Source of the DNA: Salisapilia sapeloensis CBS 127946
Lineage: Eukaryota; Protista; Oomycota
Assembly (NCBI GenBank): GCA_023334545.1
Contig: JAADVB010000090.1
Span: forward strand, 1-64,000
Length of the DNA: 64,000 nucleotides
Direction of reading: 5' to 3'
The translations under genes were made by a program, and so were the position numbers. Under the pieces are notes generated by a model, which worked only from the letters and a program-made list of their open reading frames with translations, was not told the origin of the DNA and ran no database searches. This document shows, piece after piece, positions 1 through 12,689 of this stretch (the stretch's first letter is position 1; every line of letters begins with the position of its first letter).

Positions 1-139
1 AGCCATCTCGTATGCTAAAGTCTATTCAATCTAACTTTCCGTTTGAACCATCCAGTCGTTTTCTTCCCTTCGTATCTATTTTCGGCATGTTGGATCCATC
101 ACATGCTCATTTCGATCTACTTTGAGCAACCTCTTGACG

Positions 140-1943
140 ATGGGAAAACCACCGAACCTGCAACTCGAGGCGGCGGTTGTCCAGGATAATATGCCTGTGA
201 TGGTCATTGATAAGGTCTATGTTGGATCAGCTCATGCTGCGTACAATGCCGATGGGCTCAAGATGGCTGGAGTAACGCATGTGCTTGATTTGACGGGAAA
301 CGCTCCGGTCTACCCGCTTCAATTCACTTATCTTTCGGTTCCTATTCGAGACAAGGAGCATTCGAATCTGCTTAGTACATTGCCTACGCTCATGATCTTT
401 ATAAAGGCAGCGATAAAGTTTGGCAAAGTCTTGATACATTGGTAAGGTAGCTGCTGTTCCTTGGAGGAGGTAGAGCTGATGATGTGCTTATATGTAGCAA
501 AGGAGGACGATCGAGGTCTCCTGGGACGGCTATTGCGTATTTGATGATCGAGCATGGCTATTCCTTTGCCAGTGCTGCTCACAATGTAAAAGAACGTCGA
601 TCGGTCATGGCTTTAAATACCGGATTCGAGACGCAGTTGAAAGCACTAGAGGGTGCGAATGGTGATGTGTGGGAAGCGACACAGAGCATGCTTCGCAACC
701 GACTGACGACGTTCTATCAGAGCGAATGTGATGAAAAAGAGAATGCGCCGTCGCCAGAGTTAAGAAAAAGTTGTCCAGGTTACCAAGAGCCGATGACACC
801 GCCATCTTTGACTAGTAAACAGGATCAAGAGCGTGTCTTATCTTTATTGGATGCATGCGATACGAAGGGTATGCTGCATGGAAGCGTTCCGTGTGGCTTT
901 ATGTTGTCGATACCTCGCATCGAGGGTACGAGTGAGAACTATTTTATTCCGACTATTCAATCCATGGGCACCTTGGTCGGTTGTCGATGTTGTAACACGC
1001 ATCTCTTTTGTACGAGTGCTATTCTACAAAAGCAAGCTTCTATAGATAAGCGTGATGCTGTCGTAGTGCGTAGTAAGTGCACTACTTTTTCAACTACGGA
1101 CGGATGTTCTATTGAGAAAAATGTAAGTATGTCTGTCATGAAGTTACCACAGAGTTTATCGAGAAGAGTAAGCATACCAAGCAAAGTTCCTCGCTTGTCC
1201 AAGCTGAACGTTACATCACTGATGACCACTATCAGTTCAACTCCATCTAAAGTACTAGGAACAAGTGATGCACAAGGAAACGTAAACAAGACTCAGTACG
1301 GTCAAACGAATGAAAGCTCGCACTCCGTACTAAGTGGTAGTAAAAATACGTGGAGGAACTTTATGACGCTAAACAAAAAGGTACTGGGAAGGAACAAACG
1401 CATTGAGAAGGACTTAGAGACTCTATCAGAGGTAGTGACGGAAAACTCTAGTTCCACTCAGCCTCCACCACCACCGATGAATATGGCAAATACCACGAAA
1501 GTTGAGAATGATCGAAACGTCGATGCGTGGAGAAATTCCTATAAAGACATCCTGCGCTCTAGTGGCACGATAGAATGTACAGAAGAACTGAAGTCGTCAA
1601 TGGATAGTGTTTTGATAAAAGACTTGGCTTCGCTGCCACATTTTCTTTCGGAGCATGTGCTCATAGAAGCTCAAAAGTGGTTTAGTATAGACGCAAAACA
1701 AGCTTCTAATGGCACGATCAACTGTCCTAATGAAGCGTGTCGAGCAGCGTTAGGTGACTGGAGCAGCCAAGGTCAAATGTACGTTCAAATACATAAAGAT
1801 GCTCGAACGAAGTCATGGTAACGTCTTGCTTGTTTAGGTCTGAGTGGGGTGAAAACATCCAGCCAGCGTTTCGTATGCAAACGCATGCAGTGAAGATACT
1901 AGGGAATGTACTTACTCGACCACGCATTGACAAGTACCATTAA
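140..1943 (+). CDS. Dual-specificity protein phosphatase with DUSP12/Yvh1-like C-terminal zinc-binding region (3 exons)
   Basis: Splicing GT-AG intron 442-497 restores HC-KGGRS-R (CX5R) followed by SPGTAIAYLM. Intron 1779-1837 gives ...GQMSEWGENIQPAFRMQTHAV, matching the DUSP12-type C-terminus. CRCC and CPxxxC motifs are present. The first in-frame ATG is at 140. Confidence 0.85.
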
Positions 1944-1951
1944 TATTTATG

Positions 1952-3089
1952 TCAACAAGCTATGAATTCACTACTATTGCGGAGACATGGAGGTGTATCA
2001 GTTGATTCTAGATTCGCTGCAGCCACTAATACCATCGTACTCTCTTGTCGTAGTTCCGAGCTGTCAGTAAAACAATATAAATGGACTGGCATAAAGGTGG
2101 TGCTATTTCCAAAAAGGTACCGTATGTTCACGATCTCTTCTTTCTCATTTACCAATGTAGAGATAGATGCATTTGAGTCTGTTACTTTCTTCGTTGACCT
2201 CTTTCTTCGTTGGTTTCTGCTCTCATGTGAGGCATGAATCGATGTCTTATTAGACAGAGATTTGTTGGTTGAAGGGGATGACAAGGTATCTCGCAATGGC
2301 GACACGTCTTCTCTATCAGTCTTGTATGGTTGTCGGATTTTGGATGGTGGGGGCTTTTGTGGACTTGTTGTCCATCTAGATTTACTGTGTTTGTCCACTT
2401 GGTTTGCAACTACTCCTTGTTCCTTCCACATCCCTTCGATCTATCGATATACCGTCAAGACATGATTCATCAAGTTTTATGTAATTTAGCATCTACTTCT
2501 GTCGTTAACTGAGCTATAGCCTCTATCGATTGCTTTGTTCTGTTCTTTAATGATATGATGTATTCGTCTTGATGGAAGTTGTCAAAGATGGTAGGAAGGG
2601 AAGCTGGTAGCGAGCTTAGATCAGGATCCCTAGTCCGAGTGTATGACTGAAGTAGTGACGATGACAGGGACACATCCCTGTGCCGGTCGCAAGGTTTATT
2701 GAAGGAGCTTACGGCCTCTTGTTCTATATCACGAGACGGCTTTTTAGGTGATAAGGTAGCTACCAGCTCTGGATGTGATCTCTTTCTTCCAGGATCACTT
2801 GCAAGCTAGCAAACGCCCGAATGAGTATGAAAGTGGACAATTATGTAGTTTAATTGACTGTACAAGCATCCGTCTCTCTTCCTCTTGCTCAGCCTTCTTT
2901 CTCGCTCGAGCAGCTTCGCTCTTCGCTTGGTTTTCTCGGATCTACATTTTTCATAAATACCGATAAATCTTACTCTATTCTATAGCACTTAACCTGTTCT
3001 TCCAGTTGAGCTGCATAGCTTCTTTGCTGACTAAGACGTTGGAGGCGTTCGACCTCGAAGGCTTCATCCCGCACAGTCTTTCGAGCCAT
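1952..3089 (-). CDS. Hypothetical coiled-coil protein, multi-exon (5' end uncertain, probably extends to about 3230)
   Basis: GT-AG splicing links ORF fragments in frame: MARKTVRDEAFEVERLQRLSQQRSYAAQLEEQ|IRENQAKSEAARARKK...|...QLTTE|IEGMWKEQ. No family recognised. Confidence 0.55.
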
Positions 3090-5980
3090 CTCAACGGAGT
3101 CTGTAGACTGTATAAACTCGAAGGGCTGGTTTGGATGCCGATTTATGAAGTCATTATGGGCTATTATTGGCGACGTTAGCTATTCTAACGATCAGTCTAG
3201 CACTTTCTTTAGTCAAGGGAAGAAGTGGCAGTTCACTTCAGTTCGCTTATACTACGATATCCCATCGACTGTGACTTGAATGACTCGAAAGAAACTAGGG
3301 TCTATCATTATATCTGCCAAACGTTTACTATTCAGTTAATACTCACTGGAAAGTAGATTTTGTACGATATAATCGACTGGTTAGACTCTGTACTACATAG
3401 AAGTTGGATAGAATGAGCTGATTGTAACGAGGATACACATAGGAGCGCTAGGCCTAGTACAAATGGCAGAAATCATTCTATTTCGTCTATTTCGCTTTCT
3501 TCTGTTCCTTTTCAAAGCTATCGCGTACACTATCGCTCATGGCAGATTTAACGTCATTAACGAGCTCTGGGTCTTTATGCAGCTCCTTCTATCATGAATT
3601 TAGTCACAGGAATGTCCACTGGATGGAGTACATTATACCATGAAGCAGTCCCAATAGGTTTTGTACTCTTTCTCACAGCCTACTTTTCCTTCTGCTTTTT
3701 GCTGGAGGAAGATATCCTTGTACCACCGGTCAAAGCATTTTTCGTACTCTTTCTTCTCGTTCCAACATGCAGCTTGGTCTACTTCGGTCATATCGCCTAC
3801 TTTTGCTTGTCAGAAGCGAAATTCTAAGAAAAGAATACAAAATAAAATTATTTCGCCAGAGTAAGTCAGTTGTAGCTTTTGTCGCCACTTTCTTTTCTAT
3901 CTAGATGATTACTTGTTCGTCGATTCGGCATTTATAAGCTATTCTGAAACCCCTGTGCTTTATATAGAAACTACTGTGTCGAGCATCCAGTTTCTTATTT
4001 TCTTAAATGGCCCTAATGGTAATCTAGCTCGTGTTGTTCTACTAGCTTACGTCTGCTTTTACTATCATCTTTTCTATCCTAGTAGGACTGTCCACCTATA
4101 TAATTAGTATTAAGCGCTATCTGTCATAATGTTTTTTGACTAAAAGAGTAGATCGGACTAGAGTCAAGTATATGCGCGTAAGAATAGCCTTCCATTCCTT
4201 CCTCTTTCCATTTGCTTCGAAAGAGATCGACGCCATTACCTTGCCGAAATGGATAGCTGGAAGCTAAAGCTCCAGCATGAGTGTTGGACCTTTTGTCTGA
4301 TCTTTTAGGTCCGCATGTGGACCAGACACAGCAAATGCGCATGTCTTGCATGCAGGGTCTGAAATTTGCCTGTCTATTTCCCCATTATTCTCCATAAATC
4401 ATGGCCATAATGGAAAGAGATGAGAAATCATGGTATTATTCGAGGGCAAATTGTCAATGTGTCTATAAGTCAACCTTACAGCATGATCAAAAACGAATAA
4501 GAATAGAAAAGGTTATGTTTGTTGAGCAGATAATTCGATAATATGCAAGGCATAGAAAGCAATGAAAACAAACATGAATGAATTGTAACAGGAATCAATG
4601 CCTGAGTCTTTGCCGGTTCATCCTACTCTTTCGTCGCTATTTACATTTTCGATCCTATCCACGTGTATCGTCCGCTCCTCTGTCATGTCTTGGTGGGAAT
4701 AGTGTGGGGCGTATCGCGGTGTATCGTCGGAAGTCATTCAGGTTGAAGTTAGATTTGATTTACTTGCAGCATTGAGCTCTTCGCATTTCAATGGGACGAG
4801 TACAGTGCGATTCACAAATATCGTCCAGTTATTCCATCCAACACAGTACTGTGTCTGTTCCGAAATAATAGCGAAGGGCTCAATAGCGCAAGTACAGCCA
4901 AGAGCTCACCAAGTCTTTTGCGCGTTTTCTCAAATGTGCACACTTTAAGAACCAGGCGTTGCTTGTAGCCTTCTCGAAGATGATTTTCTCCTGATTGCAT
5001 TAAAGACCAAGACAGAGACAGACCAAGAATATAGAGTGGCATCTCCATTGGCAGTACAGAACACTCGCTTATGCATTTGATATAGTGGAAGAAAGTTATT
5101 TTGTAGTGCTGCGTTAGATTTTCAATGGCAAGTGGTAAAGCAAAATTGGCTACTCTCAACGAGTGCAGAGTTTACCGATTTGACTTTCATGAATAGAAGT
5201 GCAAAAGGTGAATCTCGAATTGTGCTGAATTGGAGTTGACGCAAATACGGCCTAACTATTTAGCATAGTGGAATTGTGCCCCTGATCTAATACTGGAAGT
5301 CTTCCCTCAATCACGTAGAACTAGTTTGCAACTGACAAGTTCCACAACTTCACCTTTGGAGAGCTGTAGGATGTGGTATAAGTACATCTCAAGATATATT
5401 TATGCCATGGGTGCAAGCCGGTCAAGTAGCTTTATGGGAACCACCATCAACAAGAAATGGTACCATTATGGATGGAGTCGAAAATACAAACATCCATCCA
5501 TTTCGTATGCTTATTTTTTTAAAGCCTGCTTACATGTACGTGCGGTACCAGTCGGATGAGAGTGTTATATCAACCATTACAGATCTCATTTTCGTGTCGT
5601 ATAGAGTTCATCTAATAAGCTAGCTACCACAAACGACAACTAGGAACATTATCACGACAAACTTGAAGTCAATCGCTCCATTACGTACCCGTTCGTTCAT
5701 TAAGGATACAAAGTACCTCCCTGGACGATGGTATCATCACTATAACAACCAACAGCATCCGATTGCTCCATACCAAAATATGGCAGATCATCACGATCAC
5801 AGCACCCACATCGGAACCTGTTAAGAAACAAGAATACCTGCACTTACATTAGAAAACAGGTTGCTACGATCTACTACTTGTACAACAAACAGCATTTTAT
5901 TTTGCCTCCATAACGTCTCTTTTTCACCTTTGAAGAGCGGGAGGCGTCGACACGATTCAAACGATCAGGAAACCTACTTT

Positions 5981-7143
5981 TCAGTTACCTACAAAAGTGT
6001 TGGATCGATATGAGTTCGATCGGAACCGACGTTGGTCCATCGATACTGGTAACGGACGACGGTCCGCGACAAACTGACCCGAAGGTGCTGAGTAATCACC
6101 GGCCGAAGCTGCAGACGGCGACATGGCCATGTGCTTTCCACTTAGAAAGCACTTGTCACACACACGCTGTGGGTCCGACAGACCGAATTTCATCAACGAC
6201 ACGCGGTTCGTCGAGTGATGGCTGCAGACTACAGAGGACGCACTAAGTACCTGATATGCTACGGCGATCTAGACAGCTACGTACCTGATTCTCCACAATT
6301 CCGGCAGTGGTGACGACGCTTGAGGAGTGTGAACGGGTGATGGCAGACGCTACAGTGTCGCGCTTGCGTCCATCGAGGTGGAAACTTGAGCTGCGACGGG
6401 CCGGCGCTCTTGGACTTGTACTCTGGGACGGAAGCCATTTGCTGTTGCTGGTGCCTCGTATCACGTTGGGAATGCTCCATCGGACGACTGTAAAAGGCTT
6501 CGTCATCCGACGACGAGTAAGGGTACAAGTCTCCTTCCTGGTCGTCGGTCATGGACATGGATTTGAGATGGATTTCATGGTCGAGATGGCCATGTCCGTG
6601 GTATTGGTTGTTGTACTGGAGTCGAGGGTCTTGGCTGGAGCTATAAAGCTCTGGCGTTGAGAACTTTCGAGGCCGGTCGTCTGCCGATGGGACATACCGA
6701 TGCGAGTCTCGAGGCGAGATGGAAGGCTGGTAGTACTCGGATGACAGCTCGTAGTCGTGCATTCGAGGCGAATGCTGTTCATACGAGTACTGTTGCTGCG
6801 GCTGGTAGGACCGATGGGGTACTTGCACCGGCGGTTGTTCGCCAAACACTTCCCCCGCGCTCATGGCAGCTCGCAGGACTTCCAATACACGTTCATCACA
6901 TTCTGCTTGTTCCGCTAGATCGAGAGGTATATGGCCTGCGTCATTCTCCGTATGCACTGCCCTCGGGTTTGCAAAGACGACTTTCACGAGCACATCGGTC
7001 GGCACTTCCTGATGGAGACATAGCCAGTGGAGGACGGTCATGCCACTCGAGTCCGTCCGCGTGACGACTGACGGGTCTGCTCGCATAGCTGCAAGCAGTG
7101 CATCCCAGTCTCCATTGACGGCATTAAGAAAGTCTGTGTCCAT
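5981..7143 (-). CDS. Ankyrin-repeat + FYVE zinc-finger protein (2 exons)
   Basis: N-terminal ankyrin-like repeats (GMTVLHWLC, GHIPLDLA). Removing intron 6229-6284 gives a canonical FYVE domain: WxxA..CSVC...RRHHCRNCGESVCSHHS...RVCDKC. Confidence 0.88.
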
Positions 7144-7518
7144 GGTCTCGTAGGAATGCAGGAGGGGGGACAGAGCTCGACCAGCTCTTTAGGAATGAGT
7201 ACAGTGGTGCCCGTCCGCCGTGACAAATGCACGAGACGAGGTAGAGACGGATTGGGTGATATTTCGACCAATCGTTCGATTTATTCGCCTCCGCTTCCTG
7301 TCTGTCGAACATGGATACTTGCTAGAAGGATAGATGTCTAGTAGACAGAAGTAGGTTTCTAGATCGAAGCCTAGTAGACATCGTTGATCCCATCCGATCG
7401 CATGTGCCTCGACTTCTGTACTTTTATCCAATTAGAAGGCGTTATTTATGTTTTCAGCCAATGACATGAACTGTCGTGGCACGCGAGAAAGATCAAAAAG
7501 GAGGCGGATCCAAGTGCC

Positions 7519-10500
7519 ATGGTAGAGCTCTTCCTCCCTCCCTACATGTGCTAGAACTAATATAAGCGTAGCCACTTCGACTAGATATTAAACGCAAGCT
7601 TTCGTCTCGCTCGGAGCGAGTCAAGAGCGTCGACTTGCACCCGACGGAGCCGTGGGTCCTCTCGGCTTTGTACTCTGGCAGCGTCACGATCTGGGACTAC
7701 GACGCGCAGTCGCTCGTCAAAACCTTGGACGTCGGGACGCTGCCCATCCGTTCAGCCAAGGTAGACACCCTTCTCTTCTCATGCTCTAGCCTTGTAAGAG
7801 CTAACGATGCACGGAATTAGTTTATCGCTCGGAAGCAATGGATCGTCACGGTAGGCGACGATATGCACGTCCGAGTGTTCAACTACAACACGCTTGAACG
7901 TGTGACGGCGTTTGAAGCCCACTCGGACTATATCCGGCACGTGGAAGTGCATCCGACGCTCCCTTGTCTCCTCACGTGTTCAGACGACATGACCATCAAG
8001 CTCTGGGATTGGGATCGCAATTGGACTTGCTCCCAAGTCTTTGAAGGTCACGCACACTTTGTCATGATGGCCAAGTTTAATCCGAAGGACACGAATACCT
8101 TTGCCTCTGCGTCCTTAGATCGATCGGTCAAAGTCTGGGGACTGAACGCAGCGCATCCGCATTTCTCGCTCGACGGTCATGAACGTGGTGTCAATTGCGT
8201 CGACTATTACCCTGGTGGAGATAAACCGTACCTTGTCTCTGGCGCAGACGATCGTAGTGTCAAAGTGTGGGATTATCAGACCAAGGCAGTCGTGCATACG
8301 CTCGAAGGACATGGGAATAACCTCACTGCTGTCTTATATCACCCTCGTCTGCCGCTCATCATCTCTGCATGCGAAGACGGTGCCGTGCGCATGTGGCACG
8401 CGACCACCTTTCGCGCCGAGACGACGCTCAACTACGGCATGGAACGCGCGTGGTCGCTCGCGCCTCTCACAACTGCGAATAAACTCGCTGTCGGGTATGA
8501 CGAAGGTAGCGTCGTCATCCGCTTAGGTCACGATACGCCTGTCGTGAGCATGGACCCTTCGGGCAAGCTCATTTGGACGAATAACAATGACATTTTCTCT
8601 GCGAGTGTCAAGGGCGTCGTGTCTGACATGCAGCTAAGTGATGGCGAGAAGCTACCATTACCTGCGCGAGAACTCGGCAGCTGCGAAGTGTATCCGCAGC
8701 GTGTGCGCCACAACTCGAACGGTCGATACGTCTGCGTTTGTGGCGATGGCGAGTACATCATCTATACGTCCCAGCAGCTACGCAACAAGGCGTTCGGATC
8801 CGCGCTAGACTTTGCCTGGTCACCAAGTGGCACGGGAGACTATGTGACGCGTGAATCGACGTCGAAGCTAACGTTATTCCGTAACTTTAAAGAAGTTAAG
8901 AGCGTCGTACCGCGTGTGTGTAGTGCAGAAGGTTTATTCGGCGGCTCTGGTGCGATCGGCGTGAAAGGAAACGACTGTGTCGCCATGTACGACTGGGACG
9001 AGTTCCGTTTGATCCGTAAGATCGATGTCGGTGTGAAGAACGTGTACTGGTCGGACTCTGGCTCTCTCGTCGTTCTCGCATGTGAATCTAGTTTCTTCGT
9101 CTTGCAGTATGATAAAGAAGTGGTCGCGAATGCCTTTGCGTCTGGAAAGTACTCGGAAGATGAAGGTGTTCAAGGCTCATTTGAACTCGTGCATGAGATC
9201 TCCGAGACTGTCAAGACCGGGTCTTGGGTCGGTGATTGTTTCCTCTACACGAACGACAATGGTCGCTTGAATTATTACGTCGGTGGAGAAGTCATGACGT
9301 TAGCGCATTTAGATCAAAAGCTGTATATGCTCGGGTACCTCCCGAAGGAGAATTTAGTCTTTCTCATGGATAAGATGAAGCACGTCGTGAGCTACACGGT
9401 GTCTCTCGTCATGCTCGAGTATCAGACCGCTGTCGTTCGACGTGACTTTGATACGGCGAATGCGATTCTTCCGAAGATCCCGACGGAGCAAATGGATTAC
9501 GTCGCACGGTTCTTAGAGGCACAAGGCTTTAAGGAAGAAGCGCTGCAACTTAGTACAGATCCAGATCAACGTTTTGATCTTGCAGTGCAGCTCGCAAAGC
9601 TTGATTTGGCCCATGAAATCATTCTGAATGAAGTCGATGCGAGTCTTACGACTGATACGCAGCATAAGTGGAAGCAATTAGGAGATTTAGCATTGAATGC
9701 TTTCCAGTTGGAACTAGCGGAAGATTGTGCCATGCGTGCGGAAGACTTTAGTCTGCTCTTGATGTTATATGCATCTCGTGGCGATGCGAAGGGATTGGAG
9801 AAATTGGCGACGCTCGCGCATGAGAAGAAGAGATTTAACGTTGTCTTCCTTTGCTATCTATTGCTCCAACGATCGGAAGACTGTGTCCAGGTGCTCCAGG
9901 AGACGATGAGATATCCGGAAGCTGCCTTCTTTGCGCGATCATATTGTCCGTCGAACGTCTCGGACGTGTTGGAGGTTTGGCGAGAGGATCTGGCGACCGT
10001 GAGTACGAGAGCTGCGAAGGCATTGGCGGATCCGAATGTCAATCCAGAGTTGTTTGAGAACTTGGGACTTTCCTTGGAAGGTGAAGAGCAAGTGAAGAAG
10101 ATGGGCGTGTGGCGTGCGAAGGAGTACTTGAAGATGAAGGACATGGTGGAAGGTGGAGAGGTGCTGCAGAGTGTGCTTGCAGGAGCTTTTGTCGGTCGTC
10201 AAGTAGATGTATCGATGCCGGAGGAGACGAAGGAGCATGAGGATGAGATGGAACGATTGGAGCAAGTGCAGAGAGAGGAGGAGAGACAGCGAGAGGAGGC
10301 AGAGAGGCTGGAGGAGGAGAGAGAGAGGGAGCAAGAGAGGCAGCGGATTGAGTTGGAGAAGCAACAGGCAGAGCTCCAGCGGCAGGAAGAAGAGCGGTTG
10401 AAGGAAGAAATGCAGAGGCAGCAAGTGGAGATGCAACGACAGGAGGAAGAACGGAGAGTAGAGATGGAAAGGCAGGCAGAGTTTCAGCGACAGGAGGAGG

Positions 10501-10742
10501 AACGGCTGAAGGAGGAACTGGAGAGACAGGAAGAAGAGCGGTTGAAGGAGGAGCTGAAGCAGCAAGAATGGGAGAAGCAGGAGGAGGAAGCGGTGGAAGC
10601 CGAGTTGGCTGCCGCGAGTACGTCTGTAGCGGCGAGTGCCGTGGAGGAAGCAGCGACAACCGGGGACTTGCTCGACTTTGAACTGGACAATGAAGACATT
10701 GAGTTTGATGAAGAGGATGATGCGGACTGGGGAGAGATGTAG
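7519..10742 (+). CDS. COPB2: Coatomer subunit beta' (Sec27), 3 exons, with a long charged C-terminal extension
   Basis: ATG at 7519, then intron 7522-7571, then [28 protein letters not shown] (hallmark N-terminus). Second intron 7761-7820. WD40 propellers and alpha-solenoid lie in ORF 7863-10742. Confidence 0.97.
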
Positions 10743-10777
10743 GACGCATGAAAGACACAATAACAAAAGACATTGGA

Positions 10778-11854
10778 CTAGTAAACTTGTTGGGCGTAAT
10801 GTAGCAATGCTTGGATCGAGTCCGGTCCTCGACGTAACACTTCGAGAGTCACATTCGCGGCGTAGTCGAGATGGACACCAGTGTCCGGGTCGCGAGTCGT
10901 GTACCATGACTGGTACAGCGCTTTGATCGCGATGGCAAAGAGCTCGAAGAAAGCTACTGGGTCTTCGAACGTACGCCAGAACGGACGTGCACTGCCGACG
11001 CAGGCGCCGTCCTGGAGCTGTAGGAGGTCGGCGAGGAGGAATGTGACTTGGTAGCAGGAAGCAGCATATTGGTGCAAGTCGTTGACGATCGTGATAGCAG
11101 TGGAATGGTAGCGTTCATGGAAGAAAGCGACGCAGTGGAGGGCGAGGACGACGCGGAGTTCCTCGAACGGATCGGACTGGAAGCCTAGCTGTTGCCATTG
11201 ACGCCCTTGAGGCTGGAAGGAGTCGAGTTCATAGCAAGAGCCCCAGAGACGTTGCAGCATTTCAATATGGTCATTGTTATTGTAGTCTAGAGGTGTCTGG
11301 AAGGCGTCGATTAAGCGAGAGAGTTGCTGGAGTGTCTGCGGAGATGGTGGCGCTGAGGCTGGATGCTGCCCGGAGACGCGCTCCCATACTTTCGTGGAAT
11401 GTTTATGGAGGGCAGATGCCATGCCGGATTGACGTACTTTGGATACGAGGCTTTTCACGCCGGAGAAGACTCCTGATACGTCCTGAACGATGCGAGAAGA
11501 GTAGCTTTCAGCTTGCGATGGGAAGTCTTCACGAACAGTTGATGGATCGAGGTATTGGTTCTCGGGATCTGTACTGGTGGAAGAGAGTTGGAGGACTTTG
11601 ATACATATTTCATTCGAACTAGCGATCGGAATCTCTTGCTCTGGGTGCGTTAGATCGACCCAGCAATAGGACGATGGTGTCTCGTATCGGACCCGAAAGT
11701 GGTATTCGCCTAGAAACGGAAAACGTCGTTGCAATTGCCGCAGCTTTGGATGACTAGGTAAAAGGAGAGAGGAGAGGGCATCAGGAGGTACACCTTTATC
11801 TTCGACAAGCGTTTGCTGGAAAAAGTAGCGGCATAAGACCCCTTGGTCGGTCAT
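10778..11854 (-). CDS. DIX-like domain + ELMO/CED-12 domain protein
   Basis: The N-terminus (RYF...FPFLGEYHFRVRY...YCWVDL...IPI...ICIKVL) resembles the DIX fold. The C-terminus (HIEMLQRLW...WQQLGFQSDP...YQVTFLL) resembles an ELMO domain. First ATG is at 11854; the ORF track start at 11884 is GTG. Confidence 0.72.
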   Translation of the reverse strand: MTDQGVLCRYFFQQTLVEDKGVPPDALSSLLLPSHPKLRQLQRRFPFLGEYHFRVRYETPSSYCWVDLTHPEQEIPIASSNEICIKVLQLSSTSTDPENQYLDPSTVREDFPSQAESYSSRIVQDVSGVFSGVKSLVSKVRQSGMASALHKHSTKVWERVSGQHPASAPPSPQTLQQLSRLIDAFQTPLDYNNNDHIEMLQRLWGSCYELDSFQPQGRQWQQLGFQSDPFEELRVVLALHCVAFFHERYHSTAITIVNDLHQYAASCYQVTFLLADLLQLQDGACVGSARPFWRTFEDPVAFFELFAIAIKALYQSWYTTRDPDTGVHLDYAANVTLEVLRRGPDSIQALLHYAQQVY

Positions 11855-11986
11855 GCTCGTGCTAAGATGTCGGCTTGTGTCCACATCGAGTGTATTCGCG
11901 AATCAGAATGCTTGAATTGGATATGTATCATATAAATAGCAAATAGATGAAGAGAATAGGATTCGCCAAGTAGAGACGAGAGGAGT

Positions 11987-12675
11987 ATGGGGGAAGAGCA
12001 CGTTTTCGTCGATGAGAAGCCTCCGCCGCCACGGTCGCTTCTTGAAGTCATAGAACACCTTGGTCCGGTCCTCAAGTACTATTTGATACTACTTGCACTG
12101 TACTTTGTTGCCAAGTATGCAAATAAAACCATGCATAACGATCCGATCACCGAGGCCGAAGCCGAGGTTTGTACTGATACGACACGAGTAGCGCTTCTTA
12201 TGGCTCAATCTATCTGTTAGCAGCGTCCAAACCTGTCTCAGAACCTCATGCCTTCCAGTGATGAAAGCGAGAGCGACAGTGACGATCATGTCGATGGCGA
12301 ATTTACGAGCAATGGTAGCCTCGTCCACTATCCTCATCTGTCCTTCATACTCACATCGTCCTAGGCTCTCGACTAGTGGAAGATGGAGGTGTCAAGCAGC
12401 GAAAGAAGAGTGATAAGAAGAAAGCGAATGAGCTCTTTGAAGGTTTGCGTCAGGTGGAAAAGGAAGTGAATGAAGAGCAAAAGGAAGACAAGGACGAGAA
12501 TAACGTGAGCTGGAACGAACTCCATGCAGCTATGCTGTCCAAGTACAAGGACAAGTACCCGACGCAAGGTCCGAATATCCAGACAGATGACGACTACGAT
12601 GACGAGTTCAAGGACCTCCTTCGGAAGCATAACATTGATCCGGAAGACATTAAACGTCGTGCCAAGCAGGAATAA
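11987..12675 (+). CDS. Hypothetical single-pass membrane protein with acidic/basic cytosolic tail (3 exons)
   Basis: Hydrophobic segment VLKYYLILLALYFVAKY. Two GT-AG introns join ORF 11987-12220 to ORF 12376-12675 in frame via QRPNLSQNLMPSSDESESD...G|SRLVEDGG. Confidence 0.65.
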
Positions 12676-12689
12676 TGCAGGAACAAATC

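Noticed and set aside
9939-10907. Leu/Phe/Pro/Ser-rich minus-strand ORFs (322 and 244 aa), and similar ones at 33047-34043
   Set aside because: They are reverse complements of purine-rich E/K/R-coding low-complexity tracts, not membrane proteins.
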